Source: Schmidtea polychroa (lineage: Eukaryota). Taken from it: a stretch of 64,000 nucleotides of DNA. Of this stretch, positions 12,128 to 26,504 are shown piece after piece (the first letter of the stretch is position 1; the number at the start of each line of letters is the position of its first letter). The notes beneath the pieces were generated by a model, which saw only the letters and a list, made by a program, of their open reading frames with translations, was not told the DNA's origin and did not search any database. Made by a program: the position numbers and the translations under genes. Location of the stretch: the NCBI GenBank assembly GCA_044892525.1, contig CM097885.1, positions 11,596,001-11,660,000 of the forward strand, written 5' to 3'.

Positions 12128-12569
12128 AAAAGAATGTTTGATTGGCGTTATCTTATAACTGATAATTGATTCAATTTTATTCCACAAAATAATAAAAAAT
12201 ATATGAAATTTAGGCAAAAATAAGCTAAAAACATAAATGTAAATAAATTATTTCTGCGTGATTGTTTTAATGTATTAATTTTTTATCCTTTAAATACACT
12301 ATTTATCGATTGAAAGTTGTCATTTTAGTTTTTAATGTATAATTATGTATGACGTAAAAACAACTGTAGAAAAATATATAAAATTTACTAAGTTTTCAAG
12401 AGCAAATTTTAATTCAAAATTCAAATTCTCTTTAATTAGTACATTTTTTTGTGTATTTTTGAATTATTTAATAATGTTCCCTGAAATAGTTTAATTCTTT
12501 ATTTTTTAAACTTAAAGAATAATGTTAGCAATTTGGACTAAAGCTTAGGGTTACAAGGACACATTTTAC

Positions 12570-12855
12570 CTTGGATATAACTTCCCATGGCATCCATCTG
12601 ACCGGGATCAGGTGCAGTGATTTCATGACTTCATTTTGTTTATTATTACTGTCCAACAACTGAGGTTTATCAACTTCCCAGTACTGAGATCGGAAACGGT
12701 TTTGAGCAATGGCGAGATCACTTAATTTGATATATAAATGCGGACTAATGACGAGGATATTTCTACAAGCAACATCCCGATGTACCAGACCTATGTACTC
12801 CAGATAACTGAGAGCATCTGACAATTGAACCGCAATATACAGAAACTGAGATTGT
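12570..12855 (-). CDS. DDR: DDR-like RTK, kinase catalytic/activation-loop exon
   Basis: YIAVQLSDALSYLE, VHRDVACRNILV, IKLSDLA, IPVRWMPWE; tttcag acceptor, AAG|gtaaaa donor. Confidence 0.9.
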
Positions 12856-13667
12856 CTGAAATAAAATAATGTTAATGGATTTAGCATGATATTTGATACA
12901 AAATAAATTTATAGTTTTAAATTTTAATTTTTTGAAATCTCGAAGTAAAACATTGAAGGAAAATTTAAGTGTTATTCAAAACTCATTGAAAATTAAATTG
13001 AAATAAATCCAAATTTTGAAAGCCTCCTTTTGTTAAAACAAGTTGTAGTGAAAGTCAATTTATATTTTTTCAATAAATAAAATATATCATATTTATCATT
13101 TGGTTTCACCTTTGATATTTTTTTAATTCTATAATTTTCATATTAATCTATGTTAGGCCTTTATCAAGCCTTTATTAAATACACATTTGATAAATACCGT
13201 GCCGAAATATCGTGTATCTTATATATTGTTTTGATCTTACAAACGTTTTCTTATAGAATTTCATGAGAAATATATATTGCTTGTACGTATGTATATGTTT
13301 AACAAGGTTAAAAATAATAATAATTAAAACAAATAGATTCAATAATAACATTTATTTAAAATAAAAATAAAATAAAAAAATACTTTTTTAATATAATTCA
13401 ACATATTTTAATCTTATTTATTTAACTTCTTTTCAAAAACTTTTTCAATTAAAGTTTTTGAATTATTTTTATTTATTTTCTTCCTTTTGCGGAAAGAGCA
13501 GAGATTGACAACAATAAAAATGTATACGCAGTATTTGTACTAACAACTTCTTTTTTGGTCTTTTTAGAGAACGCCCTTCTAAATCTGACAAATTTCTTTC
13601 AATCTTGCAGTAAATAGAATTTTATTGCTGTTAAGCTTGAACTTATTTTTCAAGAATTATTTTTCAA

Positions 13668-13784
<117 letters not shown>

Positions 13785-14301
13785 CTTAAAATTAAATCGA
13801 ATAATGTAAAGTCCTCCCTAGATTACGCTCAACAGATTCAATGGGAAAATAAATTTTTAAATTTTTGCCACAGCAATCATGCAAATTTTAAAAAAAATAT
13901 TTTTTTAATTACCCAAAGAAAACTTAGTGAAACTTGAAAAATAAAAAGAAAATCTAACATAAATTAAGATTGATAATTAAATATTCTCATTAGTTTTCCT
14001 GGGTTTCCATTGTAAATTAAAATATTGATTTTTCATGCATTAAATATTCTAAATAAATATTATTTTCGCAAATTTATTTTTATTATTGACATATAATAGT
14101 TTATTTTTGAAAAATTAATAACAAATAATAGCCTAATTACATATTTTTTTTAAATAAATAAATAAATAAAAAAATAATTGACATTTATAATTATTGTTAA
14201 TTAAATATTTTTTTAACTAATAATAATAACATCTATACATTAAAGTGCCAAAATAATTATTATTAATTAATTATTTATTTGGCTAATAATAATTACATAT
14301 A

Positions 14302-15010
14302 CAGTCAATTCTTGTTGCTATGTCACCTCGATACTATGCCACTGTCGCTATTATACCACTTTTACTAGGTTCTAACAAATTTTAATATAAAATAAATTTA
14401 CTATACCACTCTCTACTCTCGTTACTATGTCTATATTGTGTAACTGTCAAAAGGCACGAGTTTTTAAAAGCCTATGTTTTTGCACAATGCTCAAATATCA
14501 CTCACATCCTAAATACTGAAGCGATAAATTATGTTTAACTGCACACAACAAGACGTACACGCATAGTGTAACTGTGTCAAGGTCAAACACGTGATGCTTC
14601 TCGCAGATAACAACTACAACAAGCTAATCACAAGAAGTACAGCGACAAGTCTACAACCGTAGCTAATAAGAGAATATTAAAGTGCAAGAATACATAAACA
14701 TTCACATAATAGTGACGTAATTTTTTTTCAAATTCAACCATAATGTTAGCTCAAAAACGCAAGCGAACTAACTTTTACTCTAAACTTTAGAGTCTAAAGG
14801 AAAAAATGGAAATCATTGATACTGCGAAGAGGAAGGAAAATTAGGTATCGACAGTTCTTTTTTTGTGAACAACCGTGAAGGGCATTCTCATCAAAAAGGA
14901 TGCAGTCGAGACTGTAATCAAATCTGTTATTCCATCGAAACGCATGAAGTTGACACAAGCGCACGACCCGAAGCTTGATGAGGGAGTGCTCACATGACTG
15001 AAACAAGCAA
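14302..15010 (+). mobile_element. Tigger-like transposon 5' remnant (CENP-B-type HTH pseudogene)
   Basis: TA|CAGTCAATTC end; broken frame MLAQKRKR...SLKEKMEIIDTAKR...KRMKLTQAHDPKLDEGVLT*LKQA. Confidence 0.7.
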
Positions 15011-18000
15011 AAGTAGTATATCGAATAAAGTTCCAGATAAAAAATATTTTAGTATTAAATACTTTTTGAATCATTGAAGGTAAATTGACGTAAATTATTG
15101 TAAAAACTTTATAACTATATATAAAAATAATAAACTATTTTTAAACCTTTGAAGCAAACAATTCTGACGGATTGTTTGAAGCTTTAAACCTTTTTGTTCT
15201 TCAGCCATTATCTTGCAATTTATTGTAACCCTTCATGTTCTGTTGAATTATTTATTGTAGATATGTATATATAAAATAAAATCATTAATAAATTCATGTC
15301 CAAATTAGAGCATTTGTCATAATGTGATGGAACAACGAAATTGACAATATTAATAATAAATGAAAGAATCTAATGATATATATGTATAATAATATTTTTA
15401 TTATGTTAAAATATTTGTGCAAAAAGATAAGTTAATTTTAATATTAAGTTTTAATTAAAAAAATAATTTAAAATATTTTTTAAAAAATATCCCAATCCAA
15501 TGAGAAATTCTGGGAAAAATATTTTATTTACTAATTATTCAGGTTGGCATTAATTTGGTTCAGATAATAAATTTCTCAAATATTTATTTTCTTATACCAA
15601 ACGTGATTTTCTGATAAAAATTGCTACTGCATTTTTAGTAGCCAATATTTAACTTTTTCATGAAATCTTTGCATATTGTAATTATTGAAATCGTTTCTAA
15701 TCAAGAATTAAAATATTTCTTTTTACATATCAATTTTTTATTTTTTTATTATTTATAGATGAGCAAGGAAAGCCTCATTTTGATTAAATTCTAAGCTTTT
15801 GATTTACTTAATTTGTAACTCTTTATATATGGACTTACCAAACACTTTCCAATGACAAGGTCAAACACTGTTTTTATGAAAATATAATTTATGACTGCCC
15901 TTACATATTTATAATTTTTATGTCATTTTAATTCCTTTTCACAGAATTAATTAGAATTAATAATTTATAATAATTATTAATTATATAATAAATAATTATT
16001 ATAATTTGATTATTTAATGTAATATAATTTATAATAATTAATTTAAAGTTTATTGTTATTAGTTATTATAGTATAGCATTAATTAAATTTTAAACAATTA
16101 AATGATACTTTAAGCCTTTTGCTGCGAATAATATATTTAATACAAATGTAATTATTTTCGATTATAAGATATCTCTTGTCAATGTGGTTTCTTCTATTTT
16201 CAAATTTCTTTTGATCTTCTCTTTTATTTTATTTTTCTTACTTCTAATTGGTTAAAAATAATAATAACCTTTTATTCCGACGATTTTAAAGTTTAAAAAT
16301 TTTTTTAATTAAATATCTTCTAAAATTCAAAACTAAACACTAAAAAGATTTTTAAATTTTTAAAGTTTCTATAACTAACCTCTTTTAATAAATAATATCT
16401 TAAAATATTTATAAAATGTAGTTTCCAATAATATATACGCATATTAAATATTTTAAAAAATGTTTCTATTTTGATTTTTAAATCCTAATGATCTTCTAAA
16501 ATGATATTTAATCTCTTTTTCTATATTATTTTAAAATTATTATTTTTTAATTTTTAATTGAATTTTTTTTAAAAGCTATTCCCAAGATCAAAAACAATAA
16601 ATTGATTGTTGGCAGTCAGTTTATGATGATAATTGCTTCCTTAAATCTGATTTTTTTTTTGGATGTTTTCATTGGCTAAGATTGTGATTGAAATATTTTT
16701 CTTTCCTTCGTTGGTTGACATTGTTATTATTATTATTATGCTATTTAACTCTTTGGTGCAAGGTCCTGAGCGTACTTCCAATGTATATTTTCTTGCATAC
16801 ATTGCACGTGATGCAATAGACAATGTTTTTTCGGTGTTTGACAGTTTTCGATTGTGTAATTGTTTTCTTTTTTTGTGTTGTTTTCTACAGCTTTCCTCAA
16901 TAACCAAGATTTATATGCAATACGAAATTGGAAGGCCAGCGCGTTTAAGTTCTTTCAGGATCTTGAAGTCGAGTATGTCAGAATGAATAGAATATTCAGA
17001 TAAAAATATTTCTTTTTTTGTGTTATCTCCCTAGATCTTTTTTAGGTAGAATTCATTCTTTCAATGTCCTTACCCTGATATTTGTTTTTGATTATGATTT
17101 TAATGAAGTTTAATTGTTGTTTATAGTTCTCGTTTTCTTCATAACATCGATTGGCTATCCTACATTTCTTTGTGAGCTGGTTTTCTGTAGAACCCGTATG
17201 TTGGAGTTTTTGTTTCTATTTTAATTTTATTTTTTTTTAAATTCAGTAGATTGAGAGATCTTCTTCCAGATATTCGATTTCAAACTTAATATCTTGGTGA
17301 GCCGCATTAAATGTATGAAAAATTTTATTTGCAGCTAAAGGCTTAAATTATCATTTAGTTGTTTATAATTATTATAATTTATATAATTTATAATAATTTA
17401 TAATAGTTAATATAATTAATTATATAATAATTAAATAATTTAAAATACTTGAAATAAAAGTTAATGATAAATGTAAAATATAATTACAATTTACAAATCT
17501 TTATTTTTTTGGTTTGAAAATCTCAGAAAATAATATTATTTCCAGTTTTGTTTTGTAAAGTTTTAATAATGCAAAATAATAATAATATTTTAATATTTTA
17601 ATGGAAATTATTATTATTTTTATTATTGAAGTTTCTCAGAAGAACTTGTCAAAAGATTATGGAGCGCATAATGTTAGATGAACAAAAATTCTTTTTGAAT
17701 TTATCCAACTTTAAGGATTTATCAGAAAAAAATTTATATATTAAAGTTAAAAGTTAAAATTTATAAATAGAAAAATTAAATGCATAAAATATATTAAACT
17801 ATTTTTATCTAAAATAAATTTGTTTTAATTAATCTTTTTTCTTAAATGGCAATATATTTCAAAATTATACTTAATCAATTATGATTAAATTATACTAAAT
17901 AAAATTTACCCGTAATTACTTTGCTTTAAATATTTTGAAATAAATAAAATCTTTATTGCATATTTATTTAAGAAATTTTATTGCAATAAAATTAATATTA

Positions 18001-18216
18001 TATTAATATATTAAAATGATGAAATTATTATTTATTTATATAGGTTTTGAATAATTTTGTATTCCGAACATTTTATATTATTATCATTATTATTATTACT
18101 TTTATTATTTTTATTATTATTTTTAATTATTATTATTAATTATTATTATTGTCATTATAATTATTATTAGTAATATTATTTATTATAATTATTAATATTA
18201 ATTAATATTATTATTA

Positions 18217-18277
<61 letters not shown>

Positions 18278-19174
18278 CATTTTATCTCGATTTAAACAAG
18301 ACATTTGAAATCTATGTAAATTAAAATGTTTTTTATTATCAATATTTTAAAACCAAATTCATAAAAAATGAGTTTTTCTGACACGTTATTATTATTAACA
18401 CAATATCGTTTATGTTTTAATGTTGAATGAATATTTTTCATGATATATTTGAAGTATTAATTAACAACAGCCACGCCCCAGTCAATGTGGAAATGAGAAA
18501 TGACAATTCCCATTACGAAGGAAAGCTACTATATCTGAATTTAGTAATTGTCTGTATGCAAAATACGATTAAATTATGATTGAATTTTGCATTAATCAGG
18601 TTCGAGGTTTTAATTAATACGCTAGTGACGCAGTCCCCCACACAAATGATAAATTCCCATTTCCTACGATATTCTCATATTTTTCAGGGTTAATTGAAAC
18701 TCCTTAAACCCCATTCTCAGTGCAGTATAACACATTATTTTACCGTTGCTGTTCACACCAGCAAGAAATTCAGTGGTAACTTAAATTGGAGGAAATTTGG
18801 AAGGAAATATGAAGGTAATTATGTACTGGGAATGTAAAATATTTTCGTCGTTTTATGACAGTGGTCAAGACATGCAAAACTGTTAGATTTATCAGCCTTA
18901 ATTGGTAAAATTTAACAAATGAAACAAAACTTATTTTCAATTTAATATATATTAATTCATGTAATATTTAATTCATTTTTAATTAAATACTAATTTTGAG
19001 CATATCTAGATCACTACTCCTTAACAGCACCAAATCCAATGACTTTGTAACGAGACCCTAAAATCTGACCATTGAATATCACATTTATTATATTGCACTT
19101 ATCAAATGTATCTAAGTATATTTACTTTACAGAAATAAGGAATTTCTTTTGCATATACATACATATATAAATCA

Positions 19175-19960
19175 CATGAAAAAAGGCAGTGCAAAAATTC
19201 GTGAATATCAAAACAAACATCGATATATTTACTGATTCATAGTCAAGCTATATTAATAAATGTCACTTGAAAGTAAACCAGTGGTGAAATTTGAAAAAAA
19301 GGTTCCTATAATATATATATATATATAAATTCTCGAATATAAATAAATCGCTTATATTTGAGTAAAACCGATAATATCTTGCAAACTAGGAGTATGAGCA
19401 ACTCATCTCATATTTGTGTCACAAAATAATTATAAACTCAATTAAAGTTTGTTATGGCATCCGATGACGGTAAGTAGTTCAATGAAATAAATTATTCTTT
19501 TCTTTTGATATATAACATAAGGGAGGATGGAATGTTAAACGAAATATTCAATCATAATCTTTCGTCAACTTCAATTATACCGCAGTAGCGATTTATGAGC
19601 GTACCTAACCAATGAGAAGTGGTGTTACATATGATTACACAATAGTTATATTTTTAATGAAATGATTGACAATTTTGTTTAAATTAATTTTTAAGGGCTA
19701 ATTTTAAATTTTGTTACGAATCGAAAGTTTGGATTGTGAAAATCAATACATTGTATTTATTAAAAAAGCTTGACTATGAATCAGTAAATATATCGATATT
19801 TTTTTTATATTCACGAATATTTGGCACTGCCTTTTTCAAGTAAAAATTCGCGGATATCTAAAAAAATATCGATATGTTTACTGATTCATAGTCAAGCTTT
19901 TTAATAAATACAATGTCAATGGAAAAGAAATCAGTGGTGAAATTTAAAAAAACTTATAAT
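19175..19960. repeat. Palindromic dispersed repeat family
   Basis: aaaaaggcagtgc...tttactgattcatagtcaagc recurs in both orientations; the cagtggtgaaatttgaaaaa motif also occurs near 50445, 57380 and 58876. Confidence 0.6.
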
Positions 19961-20923
19961 AAAATAAATACAGTCATAATAATAAAACCAAATTGTTGGA
20001 TGAGTGTATCCAAAGGGTCTTAATCTGTAGTTTAAGCTTGAATTGATAAGAATAAGACATAAGCATTTGATAAAGGAATTTGTTAAGTGAAGAGAATAAA
20101 TAATTTTAATAATAAGTTATCAATGACAAATTGTATTTCTCAACAAAATTCCATTAAATTTTATCATTATTATTTTCAGTGCTTTTGTTTTTATTAATTA
20201 CTAATATTATAAAAATTATTATAATAACTATTTCAAATAAAACACAATAAAATTATATGGAAATGATAAGACAAGATTAAGTATGCATTTATTTAATAAT
20301 TACAAAAAATGAAATAAGTAAACATTTCATTAGATCTATTTGAAATTTGTAATAAAGTGATAAATGATGATATAAGTATTATTTATGACAAATTTGTCGA
20401 GTTGTTTTAATAAATGGAGAAATTTTGTATGATAAAAACGAATATTTTGTTTTAATTTTCTTTTAATGTTTATTTATAGAAATAGAAATTTTAGGAAAAT
20501 GTTATTTTATCAATTACAATTGTTGAAATTTTACACATTTGAGATTGACAGGATTTATTGTTACACTTTTCATGCCATTAGGACGAAAATAATAATTGCT
20601 AACTCAAATTTATGTCTTTAAATCATAAATTTTATCCTATTTAATTTTTATGAATATAAAATAATGGCGCTAACTTTCTCCCTCCATAATTAGTAATAAT
20701 TAAAATATAATTTTTCATAAAAATGGTTTATTTGTTTATTAATTTTCCTTGCGCCAAATCAATTTGAGTAAACATATATCAAATTATTATAAAATATTTG
20801 GTGTCACGATTTTCAAATTTCAGAAAATGTAACAAATATTTCCTATATGTCAGATAGAAGTAAACTAAAGTATGTAAGTTGTATCCAAGTAATGTCGAGT
20901 AACCTTTTAAGTGTCTAGTGTAA

Positions 20924-20966
<43 letters not shown>

Positions 20967-20989
20967 TTTTATAAGAAAACGATAATCAA

Positions 20990-21745
20990 ATGTTCTTTTC
21001 ACGATATATTTCGAAAATTTTCCTGTCATTATCAGGTATGATATAATAACTATATAAAATAAGGATTTTTAAACAAATTTATTAATTGTATTAATTATAT
21101 ATAAAAACAATTTTTTTTGTTAAAAACATTTCATTCTTTTTAAAATTATAATTAAAATAATATATTATTTTTAAATTTTAACATTTAGAATTTAGTTTAA
21201 TAGTTTATTAGTTATTTAATTTAACAACAACAATCGATACATACAATATACAATATTCACTGCATTCTGCACAATAATTTTCGGATTTAATTACTTTATC
21301 AAAAAACGCTTCACAAATTATACGTTCCCAATTATTATCGAAATCTTTTAATAAAATTTTAAATTCAGACATATCTAGTTTACTCTTACAGCCCATATTG
21401 TGCTCACTAATATTAGTCAATGCCTTCGGTCTATAACGCTCTCGAACTCGAATAAAACGATGTATGTGGCATTACATCCATTACATGTAGACTGATAAAC
21501 GAAATAAGAACATAATTTAACCGGAGTTTTAGACTTATTAATAAACATATTTCGTACTTTCCATAAAGTTGACCTAACTGCTTTCTTATCTTCCCTTTAT
21601 AATCCTTAAAACCTTCTGAGTACGGCAATATTAACACAAATTTAGGCTGATCATCCTTACTCACACTATTCAATTTATTTAATTTATCAAACTCACCTAG
21701 ATTTTCAAAACCATGAATCTTTAGGATTTTTAATGAATTTATCAT
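20990..21745 (-). mobile_element. Penelope-like retroelement 3' remnant (GIY-YIG endonuclease, 3' tail, decayed hammerhead)
   Basis: LILPYSEG; VYQSTCNGCNATYI in an alternate frame; NISEHNMGC...FKILL...ERIICEAFF; a family-1 hammerhead remnant at ~21000-21048 in the same sense. Confidence 0.72.
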
Positions 21746-21765
21746 AATTAGTCAAAAGGATTTTG

Positions 21766-21828
<63 letters not shown>

Positions 21829-21950
21829 CATAATTATTATTAATCATAATTAGTCAAAAGGATTTTGAATAATAATAATATTATTATTACAATTATTATT
21901 ATTATTATATAAACATTACAAGCTTTGTGATACCCAGTGCAAATCCCAAT

Positions 21951-21988
21951 AGTAGACTAGTTTCGAACTTTTTCCTCTCATCAGTACT
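21951..21988 (-). ncRNA. Minimal hammerhead ribozyme, family 2
   Basis: AGUA CUGAUGA GAG-GAAAAAG-UUC GAAA CUAG UC UACU. Confidence 0.75.
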
Positions 21989-22286
21989 GTGCAGGAGACG
22001 CGAAGATTTCTCTTCGCGCCAGGTAAGTATACAATATTGATGATTCAACTCTATTACATACTTTCCCTGGAACACTGGAAATCACATCAATTGCAAATAA
22101 GCTAAATCACAGGAAAAATATCTGCAAACTTGAAAACATGGCGTATGAAAAATCATATTCGTCTCTGGAGACACCGTCATACACAGAAACTGTTTACAAG
22201 TGCATTAGTAGACCTTTAGCCTTTTTAACTTGTAATGGTGTAAAATATTTTTTTTACGGATGTCTAACATTAAAATAATATAAACA

Positions 22287-22323
22287 TTACTAATGAGAGC
22301 CAAAAGCTCGAAACTAGTCTACT
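22287..22323 (+). ncRNA. Hammerhead family 2, G5A core mutant
   Basis: CUAAUGA GAGC-CAAAA-GCUC GAAA CUAG UC UAC; sits in the loop of a ~55-bp inverted repeat. Confidence 0.6.
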
Positions 22324-22384
22324 ATTGAGATTTGTAATGTTTATATTATTTTAATGTTAGACATCTGTAAAAAATATTTTACAC

Positions 22385-22464
<80 letters not shown>

Positions 22465-25400
22465 AAAATAATACAAATAATAATAATAATAATATTAATG
22501 AAACTAAGATAATAAATTATTAATGTGAATAATTGAAAATAAATTATATTTGAGAATAAATTCTTCTGCTTTCAAGTGAATTTTAAGAATTACGATTATC
22601 ATGATTTAGTTTTCTTGCTTTTTTATTGACCTTGATTTTTGATTTAATTTTTCTGAAAATTTGTTTGATCATTGCGGCATTGTAAAGATAATTTCTTTTC
22701 AAAAATAAATTTTCAGTTAATAATAAATTGTATCCTAAATCTCTTTTAATCTCTTGTCATTAAAATCTTTTTGTTTTCATGATTTTATAATAGTCTCTGT
22801 GAAATAAAGTGACATTTAAATGGTTGTTTTATTTATTTTGTTATATTAAATATTGTCTTGTTTTTTATCATATATAATTCAAAGTGAAATTTTATAAAAA
22901 TATATTAGTAATGTATTTTTTTGCGCATTTATACGCTATATATATATATATATATATTGTTTTTATTTTTTTAATTTAATTAATATTGTTGCCAATATTT
23001 TAAGATAATACGAATAAAAATAAATTTTCTATCATTATTTGAAAATGAAAAAATCCGGAACAGATGGCGACAAAAGATTCAGTATTAGTGAAACTCTTTT
23101 ATAAATACTTTGAGAAAATCTTCAAATATTTTCTCAAGAATCATTCATTGTACTTATACTGATCGATGTCCATAGAATTTTGTTGATATGTTATAGTTTC
23201 ATTAAAACAAATAATTATGATCTTTTGTTATTGAATAAATAAATATTTAAAACTATTTTTTATGAGAAAGAAAAAAGAGTTTGTTTCATTTATCGGTGAA
23301 AAAAATTACCAAGTGAAGTTTTTATGGAATTCAATAAAACAAAAAAAGATAATTTAATTGTGAATTCAAATTATTAAAATTCATTGATTAGAAAAAAATC
23401 AAATTGATTTTTTTGTGTTGGATTTTTGAGTAATCAACTGAAGCATGAAATGAGCAAGATTTTTACGATAAGTCGCAATGAATTATTAATTAACTGCCTA
23501 TTTACCGTAGCATTTTTAGTTAAACTAATAAGTCAACGATTCGAATTCATTGTTGATAATAACTATGTTTAGAATTGATTAAAACAAAAATGAAAATTTG
23601 TAAAAACAATTTTAAAAGTTTTATTATATAACAATTTAACTTTTTTAAATATATTTTAATAATGTTTAATTTAATTTTTAAATTAAATATATTACTTACA
23701 GAGATAATAAAGAAAAAAATATTATTACACCAGTTTATTTAATACTTTTGGTCAAAATATCTCGATTAAAAAGACAAATATAATTCTAATCGGCTTTATT
23801 TTGACAAAACTGTATAATGTTTTAATGGTGTTTGATAATATATTTCTTTCACAGTTGTAAAGTAAATTAAGATAAAATATTATTGTAGTGAACTGATAAA
23901 TAGAAATCTTACATGGAGACTGATCAAAATCAACGAAAACTTCAATAACATAAACAACGAATCAAGTCATTTACAACATGGGCAAAATATCCTAAGAAAT
24001 TGACTGTCAGCTCACATTTGACATCTCAACTTCGTTGTAACACTGGAATATGGTCTTATACTTGAATGCAATATAAATTCTCATCTATACAAAAAAGCTA
24101 TCTTATCCGTCATGCTGCAGATCTTACTGATCCTGTTGATTATAACTTCCACAAGAATACCCTTAACAGGAAATTCAAAACATTTTAGGAATTTGCTATG
24201 ATATTCTTTTAATTCAAAATTATCGGATTTTTTGTCATTGCAATAGCTGAGAATAGACAACACGCTTGACATTGCATGAATTTCATTTGATAAATTACTA
24301 AATGTGTTCAAAAGGTCATCATATATAACCTGTGGCTTATATATATCTAAGTCAAAATGACTTCGTCAAAATGCTTTATTTAAAATTAGCAATACAATTT
24401 ATATTAAACTATGTCACTCTTTTACATTTTTATCCCCAATTAATCAATTTATAATCTTTCCTTTAATTTTACTTATTATTTTTGTCCACTGGCCGGAACA
24501 CATACAAAAGAGCGTCCATTTACTTGTGAGAGATGTCTGAAAACCTACAAGCATTATGATTCATTGTAAGATGTTAAGTAACTTTTTTTTTTTTAAGATT
24601 TTTAAGTAACTTTTGAGACTTGAATTTTGATCCATATAGATATGAGATTATTATTATTCAAGTTCTTAAATATTACTTTTAGTTAACATTTGTATTATAA
24701 ATTATTTTTATTTAATTTTCAGGTTTTAGGAATTTTATGAAATTTATTTTATAATTATTTTGGAATTATTTCGATATAATGTAAGTCAGATATATTTTTA
24801 ATTATAATTGAATCAATCGCCAAAAATGTACTTTTCTTAAAAAATACATAAAATTCTAATGAATATTTAACTTAATTTTAACTCAAAACTAATTTTTACG
24901 ATGATATTTCGTCATTTTCATGACACTTTAACGTAGTTTCTTTAAAAATACATTTAAATAGATTTTCAGCGGTCTTTTATATCTCAAAAATATTTTAAAA
25001 TAAAGTTATTATAGTTTGCATGTGTTTTTAGTATGTATTGTGTTTGTGTGCAGCATTTAATTTTTCTACCATTTTTTGGATTTCAAGGCGTATCTCATTG
25101 CACGATCAATGAGAATATCAGCGTGAAATCAAAGTAATGTATGTTTATATAATGTAAGATTATTGATTTTTTTCTTATATGATAGGAAAAGTATCTAAAT
25201 GGTTTCTGTTGTAGTTATTCGCTCTGTGTGATCAAGTTTTTTACTTTCGTGGTACGCTTGTTCCAATGCATCAAATTATTATTGTTTTGTTTATTTTTAT
25301 ATAAATTGGGATATATTATATTATCTTTTGTGTTTTTGTTTGAAAGAGTTCTTTTTGATAAAAATAATAAATTCTTTGTGAAATTCTTTGTGCTTTTGAA

Positions 25401-26425
25401 AATATTTATTTTTATCAATTCGATTTCGACAGAATTTTCATTGTATTTTTGAACCAAATTGAAAATTTGTAACATTTGAAAATCCAAAATTTTAACAAAC
25501 AATTTTATATCAAAATTTTAAAAAGAAAAAATTCTTTGACATTTCATCAATAAATTATTAATTATAATTTTTCTCGAATTATTTATTAATTTTATTTATA
25601 TTATTTGATTTACTATCAAAAAGGCGACAAGCAATAATAGCAAGCGGTATATTTAAGGCAACCATTAAAAAGAAATAAAATGACCTTTTTGTAGTCACTT
25701 TTTATCATTTGGTTGTAAGGTTTTTATTGTATCAAATTAATATAAATATTAATATACAATTATTCTTAACAATTTGTTACTATAAATAGTAGTATTTAAT
25801 TACTTCAAATATTAATTAATTAATTAAAGTGTATTTGCCTTTGTTGTTTTTTTAAGCTAACATTGCCAACGTTGGCGATTCTTTAATGGCTTAAGATTTC
25901 GAATTTCAGTTAAAGAAGTTCATTAAAAAATACAATATAAATCAAAGTACGGAAAATGGTTTGCGGGACTGTCAGATGAATATATGTACAAAGTGTAACT
26001 TATGAGTTTGAAAGTGTGACAGGAGATAGAAAAAAGAGATTTTGTGATAAAACGAAACTATTTATAATTCAAAAAACAAAAATAAAATTTAATAACGGAA
26101 TGCCTGCATAAAAAAGATAAAAGTAAAAATTGAAAATTAATTTTACAGCAAACTCACTCAATTGAAATCAAGTCGTTATTTGACTGGAGAATACTTAGCG
26201 ATTGTAGGAGAGTGAATATGTCCATTAAAGATGTATATTCATTCACGACATATGATGCCAAATCGCATTTATCCTGGACAACAACAAATGTGATCAAATT
26301 TTTGTGATTAATTTGATTGAGATTGTCAAGTTCTTGATGAAAATTTTGCCTTAATAAATGATATTAACGAAAATTACGCATTTTATAATTAAATATAAAA
26401 AATAATATTTTTACAAGTTGCAGAG

Positions 26426-26504
<79 letters not shown>

